From Anaerolineales bacterium (GTDB lineage: Bacteria > Chloroflexota > Anaerolineae > Anaerolineales > UBA11579), in contig JBBDXQ010000014.1 in assembly GCA_040902265.1 (NCBI GenBank), forward strand, positions 1 through 49,138: a stretch of DNA of 49,138 nucleotides, in the 5' to 3' direction. The position numbers and the translations under genes are program-made. Positions 41,470-49,138 of this stretch are shown here, in pieces (the first letter of the stretch is position 1; every line of letters begins with the position of its first letter). The notes under the pieces were generated by a model. The model was not told the origin of the DNA, did not search any database, and was given only the letters and a program-made list of their open reading frames with translations.

Positions 41470-43197
41470 TCAGGGTGCAGTAGTGGTGGCGCGCACAAGC
41501 TCCAAAATTTCATGGGCCGATTGCAAAGTGCCCTCACTGATCTCACCCAGCATGTTGGCCAATTCCTGTACACGCGGTTGGCCTTCTAAATTTACTACAG
41601 TGGTGATGGTGCGCCCCTCCCGGATGATCTTTTCAACTTTAAAGTGCTGGTCACCATATGCAGCCAGCTGGGGCAAGTGGGTAACACACAAAACTTGGTG
41701 CTGCCGCGCCAGTCGCCATAGTTTTTCACCCACCATCGCTCCTACCCGGCCGCCGATACCCTGATCGATCTCGTCAAAGATCAGCGTGGGGGTCTGGTCG
41801 GCGCGGGCCAGCACGTTCTTCAAAGCCAGCATCAGGCGGGCCGTTTCGCCGCCGGAAGCGATCTTCACCAGCGGCTTCAACCCTTCGCCGGGATTAGGCG
41901 CTACCAGGAATTCAACGGTCTCATGCCCAAGGGAATCAAAAGCCAGTAACGCGCCATTCATTGGCAAACCCTGTGGATCGTCGCGTATTTTAAAATCCAC
42001 ACCAAAGTGAGCCGCGGCCATCTTGAGGTCATCCAATTCTGTTTCGATCGCGCTGGCCAATTGGTTTGCGGCCGTATGCCGCCCGGCTGAAAGGGCTGCA
42101 GCTTCACCAGCCAACTTCTCCAACAAACGACCCTCGCGGCTTTCCAGTTCGCCCAGGCGCTCTTCAGCGTGGTTGATATTGTCCAGATCTTTGCGCGCCC
42201 GTTCACCGAACACAAGGATCTCGGGAATGGTTTCCCCATATTTGCGTTTGAGATCCTGCAACAAAGCGAGGCGTTCTTCCACTTCCTCCAAACGCTGGGG
42301 GTTGAATTCGATCTGCTCCAGATAAGCGCGCAGGTCGCCTGCCAGGTCGGTGATGCCATCGAATAAGTCCTGCCCGCGACCCTCAAGCACAGATTGGGTC
42401 GGGTCCACCTTAGCCAACTGCCCCAGGGCGGTTAACGTAGCGCCCAACCGGTCAGAAGCGGAGGGTGCGTCGGTGTCGTTCTCATCCAGCGCGGCCAGCG
42501 CCAGGTTGGCGTTGGTCGCCAGGGATTCGGCATTAGCCAGGCGGGTGCGCTCGTCTTTGAGGGTCTGCTCTTCATCCATTTGCAGCTTGGCGGCTTCGAT
42601 CTCTTGAGCCTGGAAGGTAAGCAGCTCCACCCGCCGGGCGGCGTCTTGCTCAGCCGCGCGCAGATTGGTTAATTCACGGCGCACTTCCACCAATTCGGCG
42701 TAGGTCGCCTGATAGTCCCCCAATTGAGTTTCAACACCGGCGTAGCGGTCCAGCAAGCCGCGGTGGGAGGGTACGCGCAAAAGGGACAAATGTTCCGATT
42801 GGCCATGCAGGTCGATCAGCAGTTCACCTAATTCCTTTACTAGAGCCAGAGTAGCCGGGCGGCCATTGACTCGCGCCACGTTGCGGCCTTCGCGACGAAA
42901 CTCGCGCTGCATGTTAAGGTAATTTGGATCATCCAGTAGGTCTTCGCGTTGAAGGATAGCGTGCACTTCGGCTTTGATCGCTGTGGGGATCCTGAAGGTA
43001 CCTTCCACGCTGGCGCGTTCCTGCCCACTGCGGATCAAGTTGGTATCCGCTCTGACGCCCAATAAGGTCTCCACGGCATCCACTAGGATGGATTTGCCCG
43101 CTCCGGTTTCGCCGCTCAATGTGATCAACCCCTCGCGCAGTTCGAGCGAGAGGTCTTCAATAATGGCGAAGTTCTTGATGCGCAGTTCGGTCAGCAT
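41470..43197 (-). CDS. recN: DNA repair protein RecN
   Basis: MLTELRIKNFAII, GETGAGKS, ASGGE, FDEIDQG, VTHLPQ; real start ATG 43197. Confidence 0.97.
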   Translation of the reverse strand: MLTELRIKNFAIIEDLSLELREGLITLSGETGAGKSILVDAVETLLGVRADTNLIRSGQERASVEGTFRIPTAIKAEVHAILQREDLLDDPNYLNMQREFRREGRNVARVNGRPATLALVKELGELLIDLHGQSEHLSLLRVPSHRGLLDRYAGVETQLGDYQATYAELVEVRRELTNLRAAEQDAARRVELLTFQAQEIEAAKLQMDEEQTLKDERTRLANAESLATNANLALAALDENDTDAPSASDRLGATLTALGQLAKVDPTQSVLEGRGQDLFDGITDLAGDLRAYLEQIEFNPQRLEEVEERLALLQDLKRKYGETIPEILVFGERARKDLDNINHAEERLGELESREGRLLEKLAGEAAALSAGRHTAANQLASAIETELDDLKMAAAHFGVDFKIRDDPQGLPMNGALLAFDSLGHETVEFLVAPNPGEGLKPLVKIASGGETARLMLALKNVLARADQTPTLIFDEIDQGIGGRVGAMVGEKLWRLARQHQVLCVTHLPQLAAYGDQHFKVEKIIREGRTITTVVNLEGQPRVQELANMLGEISEGTLQSAHEILELVRATTTAP

Positions 43198-43199
43198 GC

Positions 43200-43721
43200 T
43201 CAGCGGCGCCCGATCTGGATGCCCGAGAATCGGTAATACACGGTGGAGGTGGCCAGCACCACGTACAGCAGCGGCCACAAAGAGCGTAGCAGGAATTGCA
43301 CATTGCCAGCCAGCACCAGTAGCAAAGGTGGGATGACATAGATAGCGCCGCCGGCGGCCACGCCAACTGCCACCAACAGGAACAATCTGGGCGAACGGCG
43401 GCGGCCGGTAGCCGTGCGCACCACCTCGGCGATGATGCTGCCGGCCGCAGGCGCTAACAAGATGGTAAAGAACCCGATACGAGCGGCAATGAGACCTCCC
43501 AGTGTGGATAGCAACACCGCGACTACGAACCCCACGAAGTAGTCCTGCACCTTAGTAGTTTCAAAGATCCTTTGGTGGCCGCGCACGCACTCCCTGCAAC
43601 GATAGCCAGTGGGGGTGCGCACTGCGCACTTGGGGCAAATATATTTGCTGCAGTTATTGCAGCGCAGGGAGGTTTCCGTACTGGGATGATTGGCGCAATA
43701 CGTCGCAGCTGTTTCGTTCAT
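43200..43721 (-). CDS. B-box-like zinc finger membrane protein
   Basis: CANHP...CNNC...CPKC...CREC followed by about 4 TM helices. Confidence 0.8.
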   Translation of the reverse strand: MNETAATYCANHPSTETSLRCNNCSKYICPKCAVRTPTGYRCRECVRGHQRIFETTKVQDYFVGFVVAVLLSTLGGLIAARIGFFTILLAPAAGSIIAEVVRTATGRRRSPRLFLLVAVGVAAGGAIYVIPPLLLVLAGNVQFLLRSLWPLLYVVLATSTVYYRFSGIQIGRR

Positions 43722-44596
43722 TCGACTATGTTACCTATAGATGGATTGTTGTCCATTATGCGCAACAAGCGTGTATAGAAGTGGCTGGGTTCATGGAAGC
43801 GCAGGAAGTGCAGGCTGTGTTCACTGGCGCGCAAGTCCACCCAATCCCCCAGGCTCACGTCGATGGACTGTTGGCCGTCCACACTCAGCAGCGCCTCGTC
43901 ACCCCGCGCCAGTTCCACGCGGATGGCAGCGCCTTCCGAGAGCACGATGGCTCGGTCCAGGCTGAGGTGGGCTGCCACCGGCACTAGTACCAAGTTGCGC
44001 AAGGTGGGTGGTAATACCGGGCCGCCCGCTGCCAGGGCATATGCGGTGGACCCCGTAGCGGTGGCAATGATCAGGCCATCCGCTACATATGTGGTGAGGG
44101 AGCTGCCGTCCAGGCTGGCAGCTAAATGCACCGGCCGCGCGATGCGGCCCCGGCCTACCAGAGCTTCGTTCAGTGCTTCCCAGGTCCCCACTTGCTGGCC
44201 ACCACGCCAATACTCTACATGCAGCAACATGCGCGCTTCCAAGCGGTAATCGCCGCTAACCAACCGTGGCAGGGCTTCGCGCCACGCATCGCGTTCCAGT
44301 TCGATGAGAAAGCCAAAGTGGCCTTCATTGATCCCTAATACAGGGATACCCAGCGGCGCGCACAACTGTCCGGTGCGCAACATGGTGCCATCGCCCCCTA
44401 CGGCGATCACCAGGTCGAATTCCCCGGCTTTTACACGCTGGGTTGCGGACTCATCGTGCATATACAGAGCGCTGGCTGAGAGCTTTAACTCACCAAGCGC
44501 AGCAGCCACCTGGCGCGCTTCGTCCATCGGGTCCCCTTCTGAGCTGCGCGAGAGCACCGCGATCTGCTTAAAAGCCGGTTTCTGGGTCTTTGACAT
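43718..44596 (-). CDS. nadK: NAD kinase
   Basis: GGDGT, NE, DGLIIATATGSTAYALAAGGP; likely start ATG 44596. Confidence 0.95.
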   Translation of the reverse strand: MSKTQKPAFKQIAVLSRSSEGDPMDEARQVAAALGELKLSASALYMHDESATQRVKAGEFDLVIAVGGDGTMLRTGQLCAPLGIPVLGINEGHFGFLIELERDAWREALPRLVSGDYRLEARMLLHVEYWRGGQQVGTWEALNEALVGRGRIARPVHLAASLDGSSLTTYVADGLIIATATGSTAYALAAGGPVLPPTLRNLVLVPVAAHLSLDRAIVLSEGAAIRVELARGDEALLSVDGQQSIDVSLGDWVDLRASEHSLHFLRFHEPSHFYTRLLRIMDNNPSIGNIVE

Positions 44597-44613
44597 ACTT
44601 AATCTTACCGCCG

Positions 44614-45132
44614 TTAGCCACCCAGGCGTTCTTCGCACAGCTGGACATAACCGCAGGCGCGGCAGCGGGCGGCCACGTCATGCGAGCGGTGCATCTCTCC
44701 TGAACGGATTGCTGCCCGCATCTCCGCCAATAGGGTCAACAACTGGCCCTCCAGCTCCTGGGTGAACTCGACGGTAAAGCTTCGCTGGGGATAACGGATA
44801 ATCCCATGAGCGGGACGCTGATTAAAGTTGCGCTCCACCAGAGCGCAATAGGCGGCCAACTGGAATATATGCGATTCGAATGGACGTGCCGGAGTTCTCC
44901 CCGTCTTCACTTCCACTGGGATCAATCCCTGCCTGCCTTTGATCAGGTAGTCAGGTTTGCCCACCAGGTCCAGGTCTTCGGCTAGTAATGCCTGCACCAG
45001 CCGCCGTTGATCACCGCTATCTTCATATAAAACGCGCCCTTGCGGAACTCCCAGTCTACGGCGTTGTCGTATAGAGAACCACAAGAGAAGGAGAGCGAAT
45101 GCGAAGAGGGAGAGGGAAAAGAAAATAAACAT
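44614..45132 (-). CDS. Cas4-like PD-(D/E)xK nuclease, C-terminal half, with N-terminal TM helix
   Basis: TM then RQRRR; GKPD, EVK, QLAAY and C-terminal CRACGYVQLC (three Fe-S Cys); the N-terminal Cys segment is missing. Confidence 0.85.
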   Translation of the reverse strand: MFIFFSLSLFAFALLLLWFSIRQRRRLGVPQGRVLYEDSGDQRRLVQALLAEDLDLVGKPDYLIKGRQGLIPVEVKTGRTPARPFESHIFQLAAYCALVERNFNQRPAHGIIRYPQRSFTVEFTQELEGQLLTLLAEMRAAIRSGEMHRSHDVAARCRACGYVQLCEERLGG

Positions 45133-45199
45133 AGTTAGGGAGGTTCTTTGGAGATATAGATCAGAAACTGGGTAATAGACATTTAATCTCCAGTTTCTT

Positions 45200-45430
45200 C
45201 TACATCAATTCCATCCACAACATCACAATAGAAGCCACGAGCAGAGCGATGGCTATCAAGCGCACCCAGACCATTACGCGCAGGCTGCGGCTATGGCTGG
45301 CGTGCTGCCTAGCGCCCAGGGCTAGCTCCAACGCATTAGCGCTCTGCGCTCCCTGCATCCGGTACCACCAGGCGCGCCGACAGTAGAGGTACTCCCCAAT
45401 TTCGGAAGCCCTGATCCAGCGCCGGTCCAC
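45200..45430 (-). CDS. Cas4-like nuclease N-terminal half with C-terminal TM helix
   Basis: IRASEIGEYLYCRRAWWY...GARQH (first Fe-S Cys and GxxxH motif), then a hydrophobic helix; likely GTG start at 45430. Confidence 0.8.
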   Translation of the reverse strand: MDRRWIRASEIGEYLYCRRAWWYRMQGAQSANALELALGARQHASHSRSLRVMVWVRLIAIALLVASIVMLWMELM

Positions 45431-45472
45431 TAAGCATGTCCCGAGAAAGCTACTAACTGAGAAGTGCAACTT

Positions 45473-45847
45473 TCAATAGTTAGCAAGTTCGATTTTTATC
45501 CTATCCGGGTCTTCAAAAAATAGTTTATCTTTAAAGTTCTCTTCTTCATAAAGTAGGCCAACCCCTTTGGACCGCAGCTCAGTTTTTAGCTGGTTAAGCT
45601 TTTCTGTTGTTACCGCGAAGGCAAGATGGTTTAACCCAACATGCTTCCTATGGTAGGGAGGCACCTTGTGTTCTTTTTCGACTTGCACTAACGTAATATA
45701 AGTGCCATCCATTGTCCAACTCTTCCCCTGCGGCCACGCCTGATATTCTTCATAGCCTAGTTTTGCCAGAACCCATCCCCAAAACTCCGAGGAAATTGCG
45801 ATATCAGAAACATAAATCTCAACGTGATGAATCTGGCCGTTTTTCAT
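45473..45847 (-). CDS. VOC/glyoxalase family protein
   Basis: IHHVEIYV, GLNHLAF, FFEDPDRIKIEL; AT-richer than its neighbours. Confidence 0.92.
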   Translation of the reverse strand: MKNGQIHHVEIYVSDIAISSEFWGWVLAKLGYEEYQAWPQGKSWTMDGTYITLVQVEKEHKVPPYHRKHVGLNHLAFAVTTEKLNQLKTELRSKGVGLLYEEENFKDKLFFEDPDRIKIELANY

Positions 45848-45878
45848 ATTTGCAGACCTTCTAAAGTGAACATCGTCG

Positions 45879-46532
45879 TCACGCGCTGCCAGGTTTGTTA
45901 TCTTTTCCCAGTTGCTCTTCCAGGCGGCGCAGACTGTTCTCCAGCCCTTTCTGGCGCAGGCTGATGGTCATATCGCCGCGGGTGCGTTCCACCAGGCTGC
46001 GGCAGATGTCGGTGAGGCGGCGCAGGCCGCGAGTGACCGCATCGGGATAGTCCATGGTCACCAGCACCGCGTAGATCTCGTCCATCTCGCCCAGCAAACG
46101 CTCGGCTTCATCCGAATGGCCATGGCGTAAGATGTCCAGGCAGCGGCGGCGTAGTTCTCCCGCCGCCTCAGCCAACCCTTGTAGATAAGTGGACGATTCA
46201 ACGTTTAAGTCAGCCGGGCCAGGGATCGGACTGCCCTGCACCAGGGCAGTCACCAGGCTGGCCTCGACGTATTCCTTGAGCGCGTCCTGGGTGTATCCAG
46301 CAAAGTACAGATCGGGGAAATGCTTGAGACCTGCTACCAGAGAAACTGCCAACTGGCGCGCCGCATCCAGTTCGGCGGCGGCGTTGTCGCGCTCGTCACG
46401 GTGGATGGCACGGATGGCCTGGGCGCAATGCCGGGTAAGTTGGCGCGTTTGCGCCAGTGCCGCATCGCGCGCCGCGGTCTGGGCGTCGAAGTTGGCACGG
46501 ATGCCTTCCGCGATCTTCTCCAGGTGACTCAT
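45879..46532 (-). CDS. Translin/Trax (C3PO)-family protein
   Basis: All-helical; AIRAIHR, KEYVEA, YLQGLAEAAGELRR, LRRLTD match archaeal-type translin. Confidence 0.85.
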   Translation of the reverse strand: MSHLEKIAEGIRANFDAQTAARDAALAQTRQLTRHCAQAIRAIHRDERDNAAAELDAARQLAVSLVAGLKHFPDLYFAGYTQDALKEYVEASLVTALVQGSPIPGPADLNVESSTYLQGLAEAAGELRRRCLDILRHGHSDEAERLLGEMDEIYAVLVTMDYPDAVTRGLRRLTDICRSLVERTRGDMTISLRQKGLENSLRRLEEQLGKDNKPGSA

Positions 46533-46909
46533 GCCAAACCCTCCGGTTTCGGCGGGGCAGGCGGGGGTTCGGGCGGTTGTAATGAATGGAAGAGGTCGTC
46601 CGCCAGGGTTTTACCCTGAGGGACCTTTATCTCACCGAAGGTGGTTTCGTACTTGGCGATGTTGTCGGCCAGGGCTCGCTGTAACAGCTTGGCGCTCAGC
46701 GGCGACATCATCACCCTGGCTTTGACAAAGACATCCACTTCTCCGGGCAGCATCCTCCCGAAGTCGAAGACCAGTTCAGAGGGAGAGTGGGAAATACGCA
46801 CTACGTTACTGTAGATCGCATCCTGCCCAACGGGTAGCACTAAGCGAGGGCGAGGTGGGATGGCAGGTTTCCCCGTCGCGCTTTTAGGTGTTTGTTTTGG
46901 GTCAGCCAT
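46529..46909 (-). CDS. DUF3467-family protein
   Basis: YSN...HSPSELVFDF, RVMMSP..AK, NIAKYE..FGEI; ATGA overlap with translin. Confidence 0.85.
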   Translation of the reverse strand: MADPKQTPKSATGKPAIPPRPRLVLPVGQDAIYSNVVRISHSPSELVFDFGRMLPGEVDVFVKARVMMSPLSAKLLQRALADNIAKYETTFGEIKVPQGKTLADDLFHSLQPPEPPPAPPKPEGLA

Positions 46910-46928
46910 TGGACTCCTTACCGACTAT

Positions 46929-46998
46929 CTTTGCGAGTCAGCGTAGCAAAAGCTGACAAAGCAATCTCCCAAACATAAAGGAGATTGCTTCGCTCGCT
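46929..46998. repeat. REP/MITE-like palindromic element
   Basis: TTGCGAG, GTCAGC/GCTGAC hairpin, then perfect AAGCAATCTCC / GGAGATTGCTT stem. Confidence 0.55.
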
Positions 46999-47009
46999 AT
47001 GTGATCAGG

Positions 47010-47441
47010 TTAGAACGGGATCTCGTCTTCAACCATGCTGTCTGGTTCAGCGGGAGCGCCTTGGTATTCGGTCTGACCCCCGTCATCGCCATCACCGCGG
47101 CCCAGGAAGATCACGCGCTCGGCCGTGATCTCGTACGAAGTTGCCGACGTGCCATCTTGGCGCGTCCAGATGCGCGGGCCGCCGGTTGTTTTGTCCGGGG
47201 TAATGCGGCCGTCCACCAGCACCTGGCGGCCGGATTTCAGATACTGGTTGCAGATCTCAGCCTGTTTGCCCCAGGCAGAGACTCGGAACCACACGGTCTC
47301 TTTGATCTTTTCCCCATTGGAACTGGTGTATTGGCGGTTTGAAGCCAGGGAGAAGTTGGTGACGGCCTGCCCCGCGGGGGTGTAGCGCATTTCCGGGTCA
47401 CGACCCAGGTTACCTACGACTGTTATTTTGTGATATGACAT
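47010..47441 (-). CDS. ssb: Single-stranded DNA-binding protein
   Basis: GNLGRDPEMRYT, WFRVSAW, C-terminal EDEIPF; AAGGAG SD. Confidence 0.97.
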   Translation of the reverse strand: MSYHKITVVGNLGRDPEMRYTPAGQAVTNFSLASNRQYTSSNGEKIKETVWFRVSAWGKQAEICNQYLKSGRQVLVDGRITPDKTTGGPRIWTRQDGTSATSYEITAERVIFLGRGDGDDGGQTEYQGAPAEPDSMVEDEIPF

Positions 47442-47628
47442 GACTAGCTCCTTGTTGTTTGGTCATTACAACGCGTAAAATTTGCTGGCGATACAGCCAG
47501 CACACAGGTGAAAGCCTTGCTATGCAGTTGTTGGGTAATGGGGCTCCTTTTCGGATGAGTGCTTTAGTTTAGATTCCCGGGCGAACACCGCCCGGTGCTT
47601 GGTACCGTTCACTCACCGGCTGATTTTT

Positions 47629-47657
47629 ATAATAGACCATCTGTGCGAAAAAGTCAA
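47629..47657 (-). promoter_or_regulatory. Sigma70-type promoter upstream of ssb, with a degenerate SOS-box-like site in the spacer
   Basis: Minus strand TTGACT (47657-47652), 17 bp, TATTAT (47634-47629); plus strand GACC-atct-GTGC at 47635-47646 versus GAAC-N4-GTTC. Confidence 0.6.
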
Positions 47658-47706
47658 GAACAAAAAGATTTTATGGGGTGGTTTCACACACAATCTCTGG
47701 GCGCTA

Positions 47707-47930
47707 GGGGATGGGAGAGCTTACATCGACCCGAACCTGGAACTCTTCAAGGCAGCCCCTCAGCAGTCTGAGGGTTATGCTGCTGTTCCTGGCTATCCCT
47801 TCGCTGATCTCCATGGTGAACACGCTGGGCATCGGAGTTATTGAGCACTCGCCAGATCGGCATGCTGTGCGCCATTGGCGCCACCCGCAAACAGGTCCGC
47901 GCCGCGATCTTAGCGGAAGCACTAATCCCC
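47707..47930 (+). pseudogene. FtsX/MacB-type ABC permease remnant with frameshifts
   Basis: Across frames: GRAYIDPNLELFKAA / LRVMLLFLAIPSLISMVNTLGIGVIE / TRQIGMLCAIGATRKQVRAAILAEALI, matching ERTREIGMLRAIGAT. Confidence 0.75.
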
Positions 47931-48046
47931 TCAGGCTTCGGCACTCAGTTCGGCATAATAACAGGGTCTTACTCGGGCTATCTCGCAGTATAAACCATTG
48001 GGTACTAGTAACAATAAATGAATGTTGAAGGGTAGAAAGTTAAACC

Positions 48047-48075
48047 AAAAGTGCGGAGAACATTCTCCGCACTTT
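48047..48075 (-). terminator. Intrinsic terminator after the helicase gene (possibly bidirectional)
   Basis: AAAGTGCGGAGAA / TTCTCCGCACTTT perfect inverted repeat. Confidence 0.8.
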
Positions 48076-48127
48076 ACAACCAATTTTGGTAGTAATTAAT
48101 TACTCTGTCTCGTAACTAAACAAGCTC

Positions 48128-49138
48128 CTAGCGATACGACGCCAATCGCTTGGCGTATGTTTCTCCACGGCGTTGGTTGTTGCGCGGCCGACGGGCAGCC
48201 GGAGCAGCGTAGGCGGGCTCGCGTTGTGCGGCATATGGTGCAGCCCCGTAATCGAAGCCATCCAGCTTGCGACGCTCGATCGGTTTCCCCATCACTTTTT
48301 CCAGAGCACGCAGAGCGCTATTGTCTTCTGGCGTCACCAGGGTATAAGCATCCCCTAGTCGTTCGGCACGGCCAGTGCGGCCGATGCGGTGGATATAAGC
48401 ATCGGTGGTATCCGGCATGTCGTAGTTGATCACGTGTGAGATATTCTCCACGTCCAGGCCGCGGGCAGCAATGTCTGTAGCGATCATTACCTGAAAGCGG
48501 CCGGCCTTGAAGCCCTTAAGCGCAGATTGGCGCTGGCCCTGGCTGCGGTTACCATGCAAGCTGGTCACACTGAAGCCTTCTTGCTCCACCTGGCGCGCTA
48601 ACTTCTGGGCGCGGTGCTTGGTGCGGGTAAAGACCAGCACGGAATTAGTATCAGTGCGCTTGAGTAGTTCGACTAGCAGCCGGGTTTTGGAAGCACCGGG
48701 TACTGGGTACAGCGCGTGTGAAACGGTGTGCGCCGGGGCGCTGATTCCCACCGCTATCCGCTTGGGATTGCTCAGAGACTCTCGCACTAGTGCTTCTACT
48801 TCTCTGGGGAAGGTGGCTGAAAAGAGCATGCTCTGGCGCTTGGCGGGCAGCAGTTTGAGGATGCGCTTCACATCGGGTAAGAATCCCATGTCGAACATGC
48901 GGTCCGCTTCGTCCAGAACGAGCATCTCCACTCCGTCCAGCTTTGTGGCGCGCTGCGAAACCAGATCCAGCAGGCGGCCTGGGCAGGCCACTACGATATC
49001 CACTCCGGAGCGCAGAGCTTTGATCTGTGGGTTGGCTCCGACACCGCCGTAAACCGTGGTCGAGCGCAGCCCGGTGCCAGCGGCAAGGCCGCGCACGGTC
49101 TCGTGGATCTGCTCGGCCAGTTCGCGGGTGGGGGTGAC
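48128..49138 (-). CDS. DEAD-box RNA helicase (RhlE-like), 5' end outside window
   Basis: PTRELA at the window edge, PGRL, DEAD, SAT, ARGLD, HRIGRTGR. Confidence 0.95.
   Translation of the reverse strand, partial: VTPTRELAEQIHETVRGLAAGTGLRSTTVYGGVGANPQIKALRSGVDIVVACPGRLLDLVSQRATKLDGVEMLVLDEADRMFDMGFLPDVKRILKLLPAKRQSMLFSATFPREVEALVRESLSNPKRIAVGISAPAHTVSHALYPVPGASKTRLLVELLKRTDTNSVLVFTRTKHRAQKLARQVEQEGFSVTSLHGNRSQGQRQSALKGFKAGRFQVMIATDIAARGLDVENISHVINYDMPDTTDAYIHRIGRTGRAERLGDAYTLVTPEDNSALRALEKVMGKPIERRKLDGFDYGAAPYAAQREPAYAAPAARRPRNNQRRGETYAKRLASYR

Noticed and set aside
44614-45430. CRISPR-Cas locus suggested by the Cas4-like genes
   Set aside because: No repeat-spacer array, cas1, cas2 or effector genes seen in the window.

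Overview
Mostly GC-rich bacterial chromosome segment. Gene content (LPxTG-sortase fusion, translin-family gene, Pro/Thr-rich secreted proteins, RpoD with insertions) points to Chloroflexota, probably Anaerolineae (inference). 1-17 kb is an accessory region: a malic-enzyme pseudogene, SGNH/SASA esterase, GH25-like/SH3 hydrolase, gmd, Na/Pi transporter plus USP, a cluster of secreted proteins (sortase fusion, S8 protease, emfourin-like lipoprotein, M4 protease), lipA, a broken MerR gene and other deletion scars. 17-40 kb is core: a complete 14-gene nuoA-N operon, a bi-domain oxidoreductase, glgP and dnaG-rpoD. 40-49 kb is a co-directional minus-strand run: ssb, DUF3467, translin, VOC, two membrane-anchored halves of a Cas4-like nuclease, nadK, B-box membrane protein, recN, an atypical OmpR regulator and a LysW-like protein, then a partial DEAD-box helicase. 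Most notable: (1) a split Cas4-like nuclease whose Fe-S ligands and motifs are divided between two transmembrane polypeptides; (2) a 29-residue tandem duplication in the NuoL lateral helix, as in '2M' complex I, although the operon has only one nuoM; (3) a lipoprotein emfourin-like inhibitor next to a secreted thermolysin-type protease; (4) a putative self-processing HLS-LPNTG-sortase fusion. No CRISPR array, rRNA, tRNA or intact transposase was seen. All family calls come from motif recognition, not database searches.
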